From the NCBI GenBank assembly GCA_030141605.1, contig JAQGDQ010000175.1, positions 62,001-126,000 of the forward strand: DNA of 64,000 bases. Direction: 5' to 3'. Positions 13,801 through 25,500 of the stretch are shown here, in pieces. The notes under the pieces are model-generated. The model made no database searches. It saw nothing but the letters and a program-made list of their open reading frames with translations, and was not told the origin of the DNA. The position numbers and the translations under genes are program-made. Numbering within the stretch: the stretch's first letter is position 1; the number at the start of each line of letters is the position of its first letter. This DNA comes from Tubiluchus corallicola (taxonomy: Eukaryota > Animalia > Priapulida).

Positions 13801-16800
13801 ACTTCCTTCCCGGTCCGTTCTATGGTGATACTTGTCATGGTGTTAAGCAGGGAACTTCCTTCCCAGTCCCGTTGTTATAGTAACTTACTGACATAGGGGT
13901 CATTCGCTCTAACTGATTTAACGGACGCTGCTGACGTAGCTTGCTGCTAGCCAAAATTAGCGCATTGTAAATTGCACAGGTTAGGCTATTAATCAGTCCT
14001 ATTTATTTTGATTATTTTTCTTACAGAATAATCTAACAAATATTTTAAAACGTAAAAAATTAATTCACTTCAGTCCTATTACTGACAAATACTTCTCCTA
14101 TATAGGAAAATTATCTTTGCTAGTTCAGATAAACCTGATATTTCTTTCGTGTTTGTGGTACTAAAAGTTCATTTTTTTAAATTTTTACAGGATGATATAA
14201 TAGCTGCCTACGAAAAAATTATTTTTGAGAGAGTGGAACCACTACTTCCTGAATGGTTCACGAATTTGCCAAAGCAACCTGTTTTGTAAGCATTTTAGAT
14301 ATTTTTTAGAAACAAAGCCCCAGATTCGTTGAGCTATAGTAAATTAATGCCAAGACTCTATGCAATATGTAATCAATTTCAATATCAATATCTATATCAA
14401 TTTATTTTGTGACTACAATAGCTGCTTACAGGAAAATTGCTTTTGATATAGTGGAACCACCAGTGGTTTCCAAATGGTTCGAGAATTTGCCAAAGCCCCA
14501 AAGCAGCCTATTTTTGTAAAAACACAAACTTATTTTTTAGATTTTAGAAGTGAAATAACAATAATGCGTTATTATGGGCTATAACCAATTAATATCACAT
14601 AACAAAATCCCCAATATGAAATTCATTTCTTTCTCTGTCATTTTATTCTGTGATTTTACACTTATTCTAAGTATTGTTTCTAGAGTAAAACCTGCCCCGG
14701 ACACTATGCCAAATGCTCCTACAGGATCCTACATGCCAGGAACAATTGACACACCCGGTATATTTTATGTTAATGTGGCAGATCCAAAATATCAGTAAGT
14801 CAAATACTAAAATATTTAATATGATCGTGTGCTGCTCCATGTTTTTCTGTCAACCAGGGAGTGCGCCATGCCACTGAATGTACTGAAAGCATTTCAGCAC
14901 AGAATGAGTCAGCCAGAAATAGCGAAGCATGTCCGTATCGATTTGTGGCCCACAAAATCATCCAAATGAGATAAAAAGCTTTGTAAGCACAAATAATTTT
15001 CGATGCACTGAAATAACGTTCTATGCAATAAAGCGATGATGAAGTATCACTAGTGTATATGAGAGGTCTTATTATACGTTAATGTTATCTCTTTTAGGCC
15101 CATACCGGAAATGGCTTCTTTGTCTTTACACGAAGCTCAGCCTGGACATCATACTCAGGTATATATAAGATAGGAACAATAAACGTTCCTTGAAATCTAT
15201 GTAGATCTTAGTTTTTTGATGTAAGCATTTTAAAACATATGTACTTGTTGACCAGTGGCATTTTGTAGATAGCCTTGTCAATAGAGAATACGGGAATCCA
15301 CGAATTTCGCAGAAACGATGATACACGCAAGTATGGAGAAGCTCCGACTCATTTTCCAGTCTACGGTGCATACGTTGAGGCAAGCATTCATCTCTTATTA
15401 CTGCAGTTTTCAGCTAAAATAATTTATTTCCTTGAACTGCTTAGAGTGGTCATCTAATTTTCAAGCCAGTTCCCTCCGATTATTGTATTATTATAAAATT
15501 ATTGACTAATTTTATCCAATAAGAATGGTGACTTTCATATCGTCAGTAACGTATAATGCGTAATAAATACGATGAATGTTCGAGCATTTGTGATCCATGT
15601 AATAGTTTTAGTTGAATTCCGATTATGCATAAAATATCTAGAGTGATCGTTTGTTTTCATTATTATTTTTTGGACGTTAGTGTACATTTCTATGCAAATT
15701 CAATCAATGGAAATACTAAAAGCTGTAATATTTTATATATAATGATAATATATGAAATATATATATATATATATATATATATGATAATTTTAGGGATGGG
15801 CGTTATATTCGGAAAAGCTTGGCGAAGAAATGGAGGTTTATAAAAATGAGCTAGAATTGTAAGCAAAAAAGTTATTTATTAACTGCAACTACCAGATATC
15901 AACAAAAATGCAAAGACGTATTCAAGAATTTCGATTTTGAGTAGCAACCAAAACTTAAGCAAACATGGGCTCGGTTGTAAAGTTTCAGATAAAAGAAGTA
16001 CTATATAATTAAGAAAGCAGGCATTCAAATGGTTGCAGAGTTTTTGTGAACTAATTTTAGTGTTACCCATCAACAGCACAATATTGCAGTCTGATCCCAA
16101 CGGAAAATAAAATGTATATTATTATTGTATTCGACAATAATATTTTTTCTTTTTAATTCAAAGATATGGACGATATTTAAAAGAAATGTTACGAGCATGT
16201 CGCCTTGTTGTGGACAGTGGAATGCATGCCCTTGGGTAAGGTATAAATCATTCGTAATTAAAATAACACGATAGAACAGCATTTCACGGGTTTGGAATAA
16301 TCATTGAAAACTGTGCAATAAAAACGATAATTGAACGAAAGCTTTTGCAGCGAGGCGGTACATTAAAAGTGAAAATTGATCACATTGTTGAAATTACTAG
16401 CAATGAACACAAGATCAGTTTAATGATGAAACAATCAGCAATATTAAATTTTTGCTCGAGTTTGGCTTCTCAACATCTATGAATAAGATAAACAACTGCA
16501 GTTTCTTCTTATGTGCATCAATCTCTTCCCGATTGCCACCTATCTATTTGGGTTCTGGATTTATCCGTAACTTTAACCTACCATGCATTGAAGAATCCTA
16601 CAATTTACAACAACCTTGGATAATATTTAATTTTCAAACTCAGCCACACAACCTTTTTTAAATATTTAATTTTCAAACTCAGCCACACAACCTTTTTTAA
16701 AGAGAACAATTGGTTTAGTTATGCACCATGTTAAAGAAAAATCATCGTTCAATAGCACCGAATTTAACAGACGAACTAAAAGCATTGGATAATTCGTGTT

Positions 16801-19144
16801 CAAGTATCAAGAAAAAGACGTCTAGATACGTCTATAAATAAAAGAGACAACTACAATTGCACAATCTCCGAACATACTAACAACAACAACAACAACAACA
16901 ACTATTATTATTATTATTTTGTATAGCGTCTAAATCTACAGACAGCACAACTGACAATATTCAAATACAAATACAAGCGCAAGCGTTTAGCGTTTTATCT
17001 CACTACTGGGTGTGGACTCAAAAACGGAAAACAAAATCAAACAAAAGTTGACATTTAGTCGTGGCCACTCGTTGATATCATTAGCAATTTTTACGCATAC
17101 GCTAAAATATCTCAACCATCCTTTAAAAGGTGTTAATAATCAGATGTAAGGATAGTTGTAATTTTTATAATTAAATTATAATTACATTTAGGCTATTATG
17201 TTATATGTGAAATTTTAGTAAATCTTACTCATTTAATTAAAATAATCATTAAGATTGCGCAATATTGATTTAAATTTAATTCAGAAATGCTGTCAGGAGC
17301 GTTTTGAAGTTGCTGATAGGTGGGCTATCTATCAACATAGCATATTTTTCGTAGTTACCTGTTACAACAGCCTTTTCTAAATTTATAAAACCTATAAAGG
17401 AAGATTTTAATAACAACGTGTTGTAATAGTTTTCACTGTTAGGACCAACTAGCTTTCAAGTCAGTTGTATGGTGTCATAGTGTTATCATTTTAGTTTAAC
17501 TTTAGGTGGTCAAGACAGCAAGCCATAGATTTCATGAAACAAAACCTTGCCAGTGCCGATTCTACTATAGAAAAAGAAATCGACAGATATATTGCTTGGC
17601 CAGGACAAGTACGTACAAGAGCTTTAGCTGTAGTAAAAGAGTGTTATTTTTAATAATTATTGTTCTTTGTAGCTTGATGTTCACTAGGATTTTTATGTCC
17701 TGCTTTGTTAGTTTGCTCCACTGCATTTTAGGGACTTTTTCCTATATGACATCCACTTACTTATGTTTTCAGATCAAACCATCATTTGACAGCAACCCTT
17801 TAAACTGTTACAAACTGAAAGTAATTCCACCACATCACGAAATATCAATGATAATGGAAATTTGGCAAAATATTACTTGGATTCTGTTAACATTATGCTT
17901 CCAAGTTTATTTAAACGTACTTCTTACCTACGGGCACCATCGTTCTGACTCTTCCCTTTGTATGACGAGAGATTTTGAACAAATAAGCATTTGTCCGTAT
18001 GTTTCCTGTTATCAAATAACGTACAATAAAATTTCCTTTGCAAGCCTTTGTTACACAATCTGTTTTTGAATTCACCAATCGTCCATGAATTCAATAGGTA
18101 TAAAAATTTTGTATAAAATGCACAAAAAAACATGTAAACTATACCTACATACTCTGTTTAAGGAATGGTCAGCACGTATTTAGTTTATGAAAATTATTTA
18201 GTCAGTATGGTTAAAATGATCACATTTGTCACACCAGCATTCATCATTCAATTAACAATAGATTTAATGTATTTAGTATGTTAGTATTTAGGTTAATGTT
18301 GCTGATAATAGTCTTTTTGAAATTTAGGCGCTTGACAAATTTAAGCAGAAGAACAACTGTGGAAATAAATACATTTAGTGATGAAGTTTTGCATCACTGC
18401 GTTGATTTTATCGTTTATCCGAAAACATAGATTCTCAAGTTCTGTTCCTTTATATTTCACAGGCGTTATCTTACAAACTTGGAGAGATTAAAATTGTAGA
18501 GGAGCGAGGAAGGGCTGAAAGAGAATTAGGTAATGACAAAAGCCATGATATTTATGGTACTAAATAGAGCCAGCAACTGCAATATTGTTGAACACCACTA
18601 ATACTGCACATTGACCTACACCTTAAAGGTTTGCAATGTTATTAACTGAAAGAAAAAGATTAGTGTCATCAGCGAAAAGTTGATGATTCAATTGAGAAGC
18701 ACAAGGTATGTCAATGATGTGCATCAAGTAAAGTAAAGACCCGATAGTTGAGCCTTCAGAATGCTGCAAACAACTGTACAAAGGCCAGGATTAATATTAA
18801 TATTATTGAATATGAAATAAAGTGCCGAAAGAATTTATTTTTAATAAGGTAGTATCAGATTGTTCCAAAATAATGGTAAAATTTAATTTTCTTAGCCTAG
18901 CTGCACAAGCGCATACCCGGCGCAATGCAAATAGTGCCAAATAACATTTTTATACTACGAAAGTATGAAACATTTAAGTTCAACTAAGCAATAACAGCTG
19001 TAATAATAAATTTCTTCCGTTTATTTGTTTGCAGGGGAAAAATTCATCGTCAAAGAATTTCATGACCTGTTTCTTCAGCTAGGATCAGTAAACCTCGACT
19101 TATTCACAGAAACCATTGACGATTACATCGCGTCTCGTCAGTAA
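7846..19144 (+). CDS. DUF885-family protein, copy 1 (~606 aa, 17 coding exons, N-terminal TM/signal anchor, putative zinc metallopeptidase)
   Basis: Exons 7846-8094, 9322-9455, 9777-9906, 10071-10139, 10779-10885, 11201-11285, 12517-12684, 13160-13243, 14191-14285, 14684-14794, 15098-15158, 15269-15379, 15794-15858, 16164-16235, 17506-17608, 18463-18529, 19035-19144 join in frame (1821 nt, no stops). Motifs: PEFATYVG, VHEIG..EV.RI, PGIFYVN, LHEAQPGHHTQ, AYVEGWALYSE, RACRLVVDSGMH..GWSRQQAIDFM, EIDRYIAWPGQALSYKLG, KEFHD, all characteristic of DUF885. Confidence 0.92.
8231..9195. mobile_element. Left part of a non-autonomous DNA transposon with 15-bp subterminal repeats (intron 1, copy 1)
   Basis: ~8 imperfect GACATTTGGGCACGG units at 8239-8355; homologous to 22894-23485 in copy 2; right end missing here. 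Confidence 0.55.
10293..10330. repeat. (GTT)n/(ATT)n microsatellite
   Basis: Direct inspection; source of the poly-N/T/V/L ORFs in the track. Confidence 0.9.
11447..12472 (-). mobile_element. PIF/Harbinger transposon deletion derivative in copy 1 intron 6
   Basis: Imperfect TIRs (left ..CAGACATGCAATTTTCTGTTGTGCAATTAAACGTTG after TTA; right reverse complement ..CATACGCAATTTTCAATTGTGTAACTAAAAGTTG). Minus strand ~12070-12230 reads DDLRAP*NKFFSYYWMSPNSLDELLSVIRSFITYTNASWRKTIPAEE, matching the Harbinger transposase N-terminal pattern F..Y.RMS...FDELL..I...I.....R..I.PEE. Absent from copy 2. Confidence 0.75.
14411..14515 (+). pseudogene. Degenerate tandem duplicate of exon 9 (pseudo-exon), copy 1
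   Basis: Reads TTIAAYRKIAFDIVEPPVVSKWFENLPKPQSSLF versus exon 9 DDIIAAYEKIIFERVEPLLPEWFTNLPKQPV; no AG acceptor at its 5' edge. Confidence 0.8.
16450..16860 (-). mobile_element. Decayed non-LTR RT fragment, copy 1 intron 14
   Basis: Minus strand reads KKKLQLFILFIDVEK (RT FIDFEKA motif); partly homologous to 34790-34930 in copy 2; contains a 39-bp tandem duplication at ~16622-16700. Confidence 0.5.
18600..18780 (-). mobile_element. Short LINE RT fragment, copy 1 intron 16
   Basis: Minus strand reads EGSTIGSLLYLMHIIDIPCASQLNHQLFADDTNLF; more eroded homologue at ~36660-36790. Confidence 0.65.
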
Positions 19145-20737
19145 CTCAACTTTTTTGAATGTGAAAAGCCATTATGAATGAGAAATAATAAGTTTGGCAA
19201 AATTTAATACTGAAGAATTGCCTGAAGGTCTTCTGAAAAACCTTATTAGGAGAAAACTACAGATGTGCATGTTCATCATCAGCTTCCTTGGCTCATTTAC
19301 ATGATTTACTGAGCCACATCACAATCGAATTATTAACATAGATCACTTTTTATTTTTAACTTAAATCAGTCTCTTTGCCTTGGAAATTCTCTCAGGTTAA
19401 CCACCAGGAATTTTACATTTATTATCCAATGACCTTAAAATTATGCCAAATAAGGTTAAATGCGCTAATGTCGGACAACGATTTTTAAGTTTTCCTAAAA
19501 GCTATTAAATTATTTGGATGTTGTTTTTCCTTTCATTGTTAATACTGCTTCATCACGTCTTTAGACTGGAATTTTCACATTTGCCTAGCAATTCGCCTTC
19601 TGGCAGCCGTATGTCGTGAACATACAAGCTCGCTCAGTGAGAAGGTTTATCCTTAACTGTATTAACTTTTTTTTAATTTACTGATAAACAGACCTAACGC
19701 ATTAATTATTAACAGTTGCCTTTTCAGAAATGGCTTATTTTGTAAGTTACTTCTTCCACAATACTTTCATGCCACACTTTATAAAGCATGACATTTCTTT
19801 GTTCATTATACAAGTCACTGAAGCAGTGTCCAACTTTACCGGTAAGACCAGTGTAAGGTCAAGGCCCTAGATTAATGCCGGACAACTGAATATTTGTGTT
19901 AGGTTTTTCGCTGCAATTAATTGTTTGTGTAGGTAAATAGCACTGATTTTTTTATGGCTACTTGAGCCAAAAAGCAAAAATATTACGGTTCTAATCTTTT
20001 TAGAAATATGGGGAAGCAGGAAGGAAGCTGGTAAAAATGCAGCAAAATTATTATAATTATTATGAAATAATGATTTAAGCTATAATTAAAACATACGCAC
20101 AAGTGAAGTACACTCAATTATTATTATGCATCATATATACATTCAGTTTCACTCATATAGTCTCATTAAGACAACTATTCTATACCGAGTTGAGTTTATA
20201 ATTCACCTTTAATTAAATGTACTAATTTATTTAATAGTACTTGCATAACTTGTTCACAATATTGCATTCAGGACATTTCGACTGCTTAAGTCTTTTTCAA
20301 CTGTGGTATCTGGAATTCAATATTATATATGCGTTAATTTGCGATTTCTATACCTAATAGTGTTCATCAGCAACTTATCAAGTTAGTGCAAATACGGCTC
20401 ATATACATTAAGATATTGTTTCTACAAATTGTTGATATGTATATATATATATATATGGAAACAGTTTAAAGTTAGTAATTATGATTTCTAATTTGTTGAT
20501 ATTTTTTGTAAAAAAATAAAGACAGAATCCAGTGGGATTCGAAACCAAAACCACCTTCGGCTTTTTTGGGCAGCCCTGCTAATTATTATATTATAGAAGT
20601 GCTCTAACTTTTTACACAATAAACTGCCAGGTTATTTTGTCTGTTAACTATTTACTTATTGTTACCTTTACCTTTTCACATCTCCGTTAATAGAAAACTT
20701 GGTCTCCAACGTCTTCTTAATGGCCTTCCCACTTTCC

Positions 20738-20817
20738 CATGATGATGATGATGACGACGAGGGACGACGATGGTGAAGATGATGATGATGGTGATGGTGA
20801 TGATGATTATGATGATC
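20738..20817. repeat. (GAT)n-rich imperfect microsatellite
   Basis: Direct inspection. Confidence 0.85.
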
Positions 20818-21419
20818 AGATAGAATTCACACTGAGATATCATGACAACTTCGAGTACTCGCTCTTTAGAGCTACTGAACTGTAATGGTTTGTACTGGTA
20901 CCTAGAAAGGAATCTTTGCCTACCATGAGAAACGTACTACACACACTATACTCACAATCACTAATCGTCTTCAGATGCCTGATTTTCGTTATCCCTAAGC
21001 AATAAGCATCTTAGGCGCTCCGTTTTCTCATTAATTGTTTTAGCATGTGCGCTATGTGCCACTCACACTGAGCTAGAACCTGCAATTTGAATTTGGCCTG
21101 TATTAGATAGGCTGAATTGGCCTGAATTCAATTTTTTAACGATTTTCGACTAAAATGTGTGATCATTAATAAAAAGCGATCTCACAAAGATCGTGCATAT
21201 CACTTGATTTTGTTGCGTAGTAAAAACATAAAGTAATTTGCTTAAAAATTTTGCACAATAATTGCAGCTGAATTATGTTGATTGCGTAATGTTCCAAATG
21301 TTTTAATGCTAAGGTTTGTACATAATTTTCTATTTGAAGTACTAAATTATTTGAATTTATAATTTCCGCTTTGATTTCGAACGTTCGGTGCTCGCCTTTA
21401 AACAAGACAAGACAAAGTC

Positions 21420-21557
<138 letters not shown>

Positions 21558-22436
21558 ATTGTAAATGATGATTATGATGATGGTGCTCTTACAGTACGCA
21601 AAACATTGCCCATTTTGATCAGTAGCTAAGCTTTCGATTTATACTAAAATCTTCTTCGTCAGAGCTTTTTACACAGGCAAAACTAATATTTAAAATATAT
21701 ATCTTCAAAAAGTTTTAAACAAAACAGAATCAAATAATGTAACAATGTACGAACGAAACAAACGTTTTCATTATCACAGCAACTAAAACAGAAACATCAC
21801 TTGGGTTCAAATTTTGGTCAATGTTTCGTAGTTAAGTTCAAAGCGATGTATGTCAATGTTTTCAATAATTCTCATTTTTACGTATTGAAAGAATGGCCTG
21901 TACATGGAATCAATTAGCAACCAGTAAATGACTAGACCGAGTATAAGCTTGTATGTGTCCTGCTAATTTTGTTCCTAACTAAAGACCTGTTAAGTGTCGA
22001 CTTCCCACGAATCTCTTCCCACTTCCACTTTACAGACCATTCTTTCCAAAAACAGAAAAATTAAGGATTGCTGAAAATAGGCAACTGAAAATGTTAGTTT
22101 GAAGAGGAAAAGTGAAATTTTTGCGTAAGAACTCTGAACACAAATCGTCCCTTCGGAATAACATAATTTATCATATAGTGATAACCCAGATGATATTTCT
22201 GTTTTAATTGTTATAATGATGGTACCTGGTTACGTTGTTTGATTCTGTTTCGTTTAAGTCTGTTTGAAACTATGTATTTTACGTTCAGTTTTGCCTGTGT
22301 AAAATACCCAGGCGAAGATTTTAATGAGTTCCACTATTAAGTTTTAGTTATTTTAGTTGCATCATTTTTGCCCCTATACTTTCAGGATGTTATCTAAGTC
22401 TTACCATTCCCACCTTTGACCAGCTACACAGTAATC

Positions 22437-22484
22437 ATGAGTTCAAACAAATATGCACCTCTCTATAGAACATCTACTCATTAA
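22437..22484 (+). promoter_or_regulatory. 15-codon uORF in leader of DUF885 copy 2
   Basis: ATG 22437..TAA 22484 (MSSNKYAPLYRTSTH*), again 72 nt upstream of the main ATG; TATAAG at 21942. Confidence 0.45.
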
Positions 22485-22508
22485 ATCACCAAATTGCTGA
22501 CTTGAAAC

Positions 22509-25500
22509 ATGGCGCACAAAAATCATAAAACAGCACTTGTAATTGTCCTTACATGTGTCTGTTTAGCACTAATAGCTGTCGTTGTCACTCTAGCAATATT
22601 TCTAACTAGAAGTGATGTGAAAATTGTGCAAGAATTGTGCGACGAATACTGGAATTGGAGGCTGGATCAGGCTCCGGAATTTGCTACGTACCTCGGAGAT
22701 ACAAGTAGGAATGACAGGTTGGAATCTTATTCGTTATCGGCATGGAATCAAAGAGAGGTAACTAAAAATTGAACTTATTAATGTTTTTCGCCTTCTTCTA
22801 TTCAATGAAACACTGATCATTGGGTAACTGTTGCGCGCATTGATAAAACTGTTAATCTATATCCACGACTGCAAACCTGGTTGTCCTTTTTATGTGGGCA
22901 CGTGACACTTGTGCACGGGACACTTGTGTACGACACATTTGAGCACCGGACACTTGGGCAGCAGACATTTGATCACCAATAAAATTTAATATTGCGCATA
23001 TTTTTTATTTTTGTTTATTAAATTTTCAATGACTCACTATAATTCTTAATTCTCACAATATTTTTCAAGAATCATCGCCTCACTTATTCAAACATATGCA
23101 ATCAGACATGAAATAAAATTTAAAAACTTTGCTCTTTCTATTTATCATATTAATTCCGTACATTATGTGTACATTTTAAATTCAAAGAAGCTGAAGAAGA
23201 TACCACAAGTTTACATTAGTTTTTATTAAAATAGAATTGGAATTACAATAATAAATTAAAATTAGTATTAGAATTATTAAAATATGACAGCATTTTATAT
23301 CAAAAACATTTAGTGCATAACAAAAACAGTAAATAAATAACAGATATGCTGCTAGGCGGGGCCGAGTTTTTGTGCACGGCTGAATATAAGCCTTTGCGTT
23401 TAGCAAATTTTTCGGTAGGAGGCAAAAACCAAAAAAGATGGTCGGGGCTTGGCCAATTGCTTCCAATGTCGAGTAACAGTATCGTGTAAATGAGACTAAC
23501 CGAATGGTTTGTTTCGCCGACTTTCGTAGACGCTGAACGTCAGGATCACAGGTTAAAGATAAGAAGTCCGATTTCAGTATTGAAATGATCGCGAAACACC
23601 GTCGAGAAAAAACATCCATCGGGCGTGTTATGGGAATATTTATGGACGTTTTATAGAAAGAAAAAGAGCTGGGCTTAAGATGATATAAGTTTTTTTCTAA
23701 AGACAGCTAAATAATTGCGAAAATCAATTGATTAATTACAGGGTAAACACCTCAAAATTCATGGTGATATCAAGCTTTTCAGAGACTTCCAATGGAGACA
23801 ACATTAAGCCCTTCAGAGCCTTGAGTTGCGGCTACTTGTGAAAATTTGACAAATTCCGATTTCACTAAATAAACGTTTTAAAGTCAAGCACAGCAGTACT
23901 TACATACGAGATGTTAACTATTTTGAAAAACAAAAGCTGTTACACAAAGTATCCTGTCACAAAAGCAGAATCTTACAAAGTCAAAAACACACTAATTGGT
24001 ATTGTATCATAATTTTATATTCATTGAATGCTTGGTGTGTTTTAGAAAAAGCCGATGTTGTTTTGTTCATTAGTTACTTATAAACTGCTTGCCAAATTGA
24101 AAACCACTAGCTAGATCAGTAAGTAAGTCAATTAAATGATGTGCGTTTATTAACATTAAGATCAACAATAATTTTGAGCAATTTTGCTGAACTCGATCAA
24201 TAGCAGTGTTTTTAGACGAGAACGCACGTTAAATTATACTATATAGTTGTTTCCAGTTTTACACGATCGTACTTACGAAAAGAATTATTTCTTTTCATAC
24301 AAAAACTTTAGATGTTTTAAAAGTTCCATAGTAATCAGGTAGAGAACGAGGATTCAGACTATAATTATCTTAGCCTTCTAGACGGCGTGATTTGCAGCGC
24401 AAAAAGAAGTGTCGATATATTGTTGCGTGATCGAGTTGGACGTCAGAGCTTGCGCCCAAATGTCTGGCGACCAAGTGAGTCAGGGCTCAAGTGTCTGGCG
24501 GCAAAACGACCGCACCCAATTTTCTCGTGCCTGAACGGCAGCACGCAAATGTCTTGTCCCCTTTTATGAACTCACGAATAAATAACTGATCCATCAATAA
24601 CTATACCACGCCAGTTTAATTGTAAAACTTGAAAAAATGTTAGTCACAACAGTAATAACAAATAATATTGCTAAGGAATTCCAACAAACAGATGTCGCTT
24701 ACAAGATACACAAGTAGCTATTTCGCAAAATACTTGCTATACAAAATTAAGTCTTAGTATTACTAACAAAATTAACTAACTTATAATGTTGCCACTGCTG
24801 CATATAATACTATGCCAAGCAGCTGTTAAGCCAGTACAGAGAATGGATACAAATTTATTATTTACTATGCGCAAAAATTAGATACATTTTATACACTAGT
24901 AAAAGTAAACAGTAAAATTATATGGTCATGATCCATGCAAAGGTTGTGCCTCTCGCTGTGTGCCATGGATGACAGCAAGGAACTATAAATCCTCGAACAG
25001 ATCACTGCGTGTCATCCATCACATACATTTTTAATAGTTTTTCTACTTTATGCTCGTTAATGTATTAGCCATCATTGTTATAATTATGCTAGAAAGCGTA
25101 AACGAGATTTTGGGCTTGTGAGATTTGGGTAGAGAGATGTGGGCTTTGATTCAGGCTTACCTAAGCAGGAGTGGTGCATCGGTACAAGTTAATGCGCTGT
25201 CTTCCTTTATTGAAGGAAGACATGAAACTTTTGCTGGAAGACATTAACAACACTGAGGAGAAACTGGATCTTAGTGAAGAGGAAGCCACAAATTTGAAAA
25301 TATTGAAACAAGAAATACAGATATTTTTAGATGGACTTCCGTACAAAGGGTAAGCACATATCTCCTTTTCTGATAGGGGAGGAGACTTAAGGTATTAGAG
25401 TTTCGTGCACTTTGGGCATGAAAATCGATTATGCGGCAAGTTTATAATAATATTGTACAGTGAAATTGCGGTGCTTGTTATGTTACAAACCAATTCAAAA

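Noticed and set aside
17506-18069. 187-aa ORF (and 35571-35873)
   Set aside because: Off-frame read across DUF885 exon 15 into intron; not preserved in length between copies.
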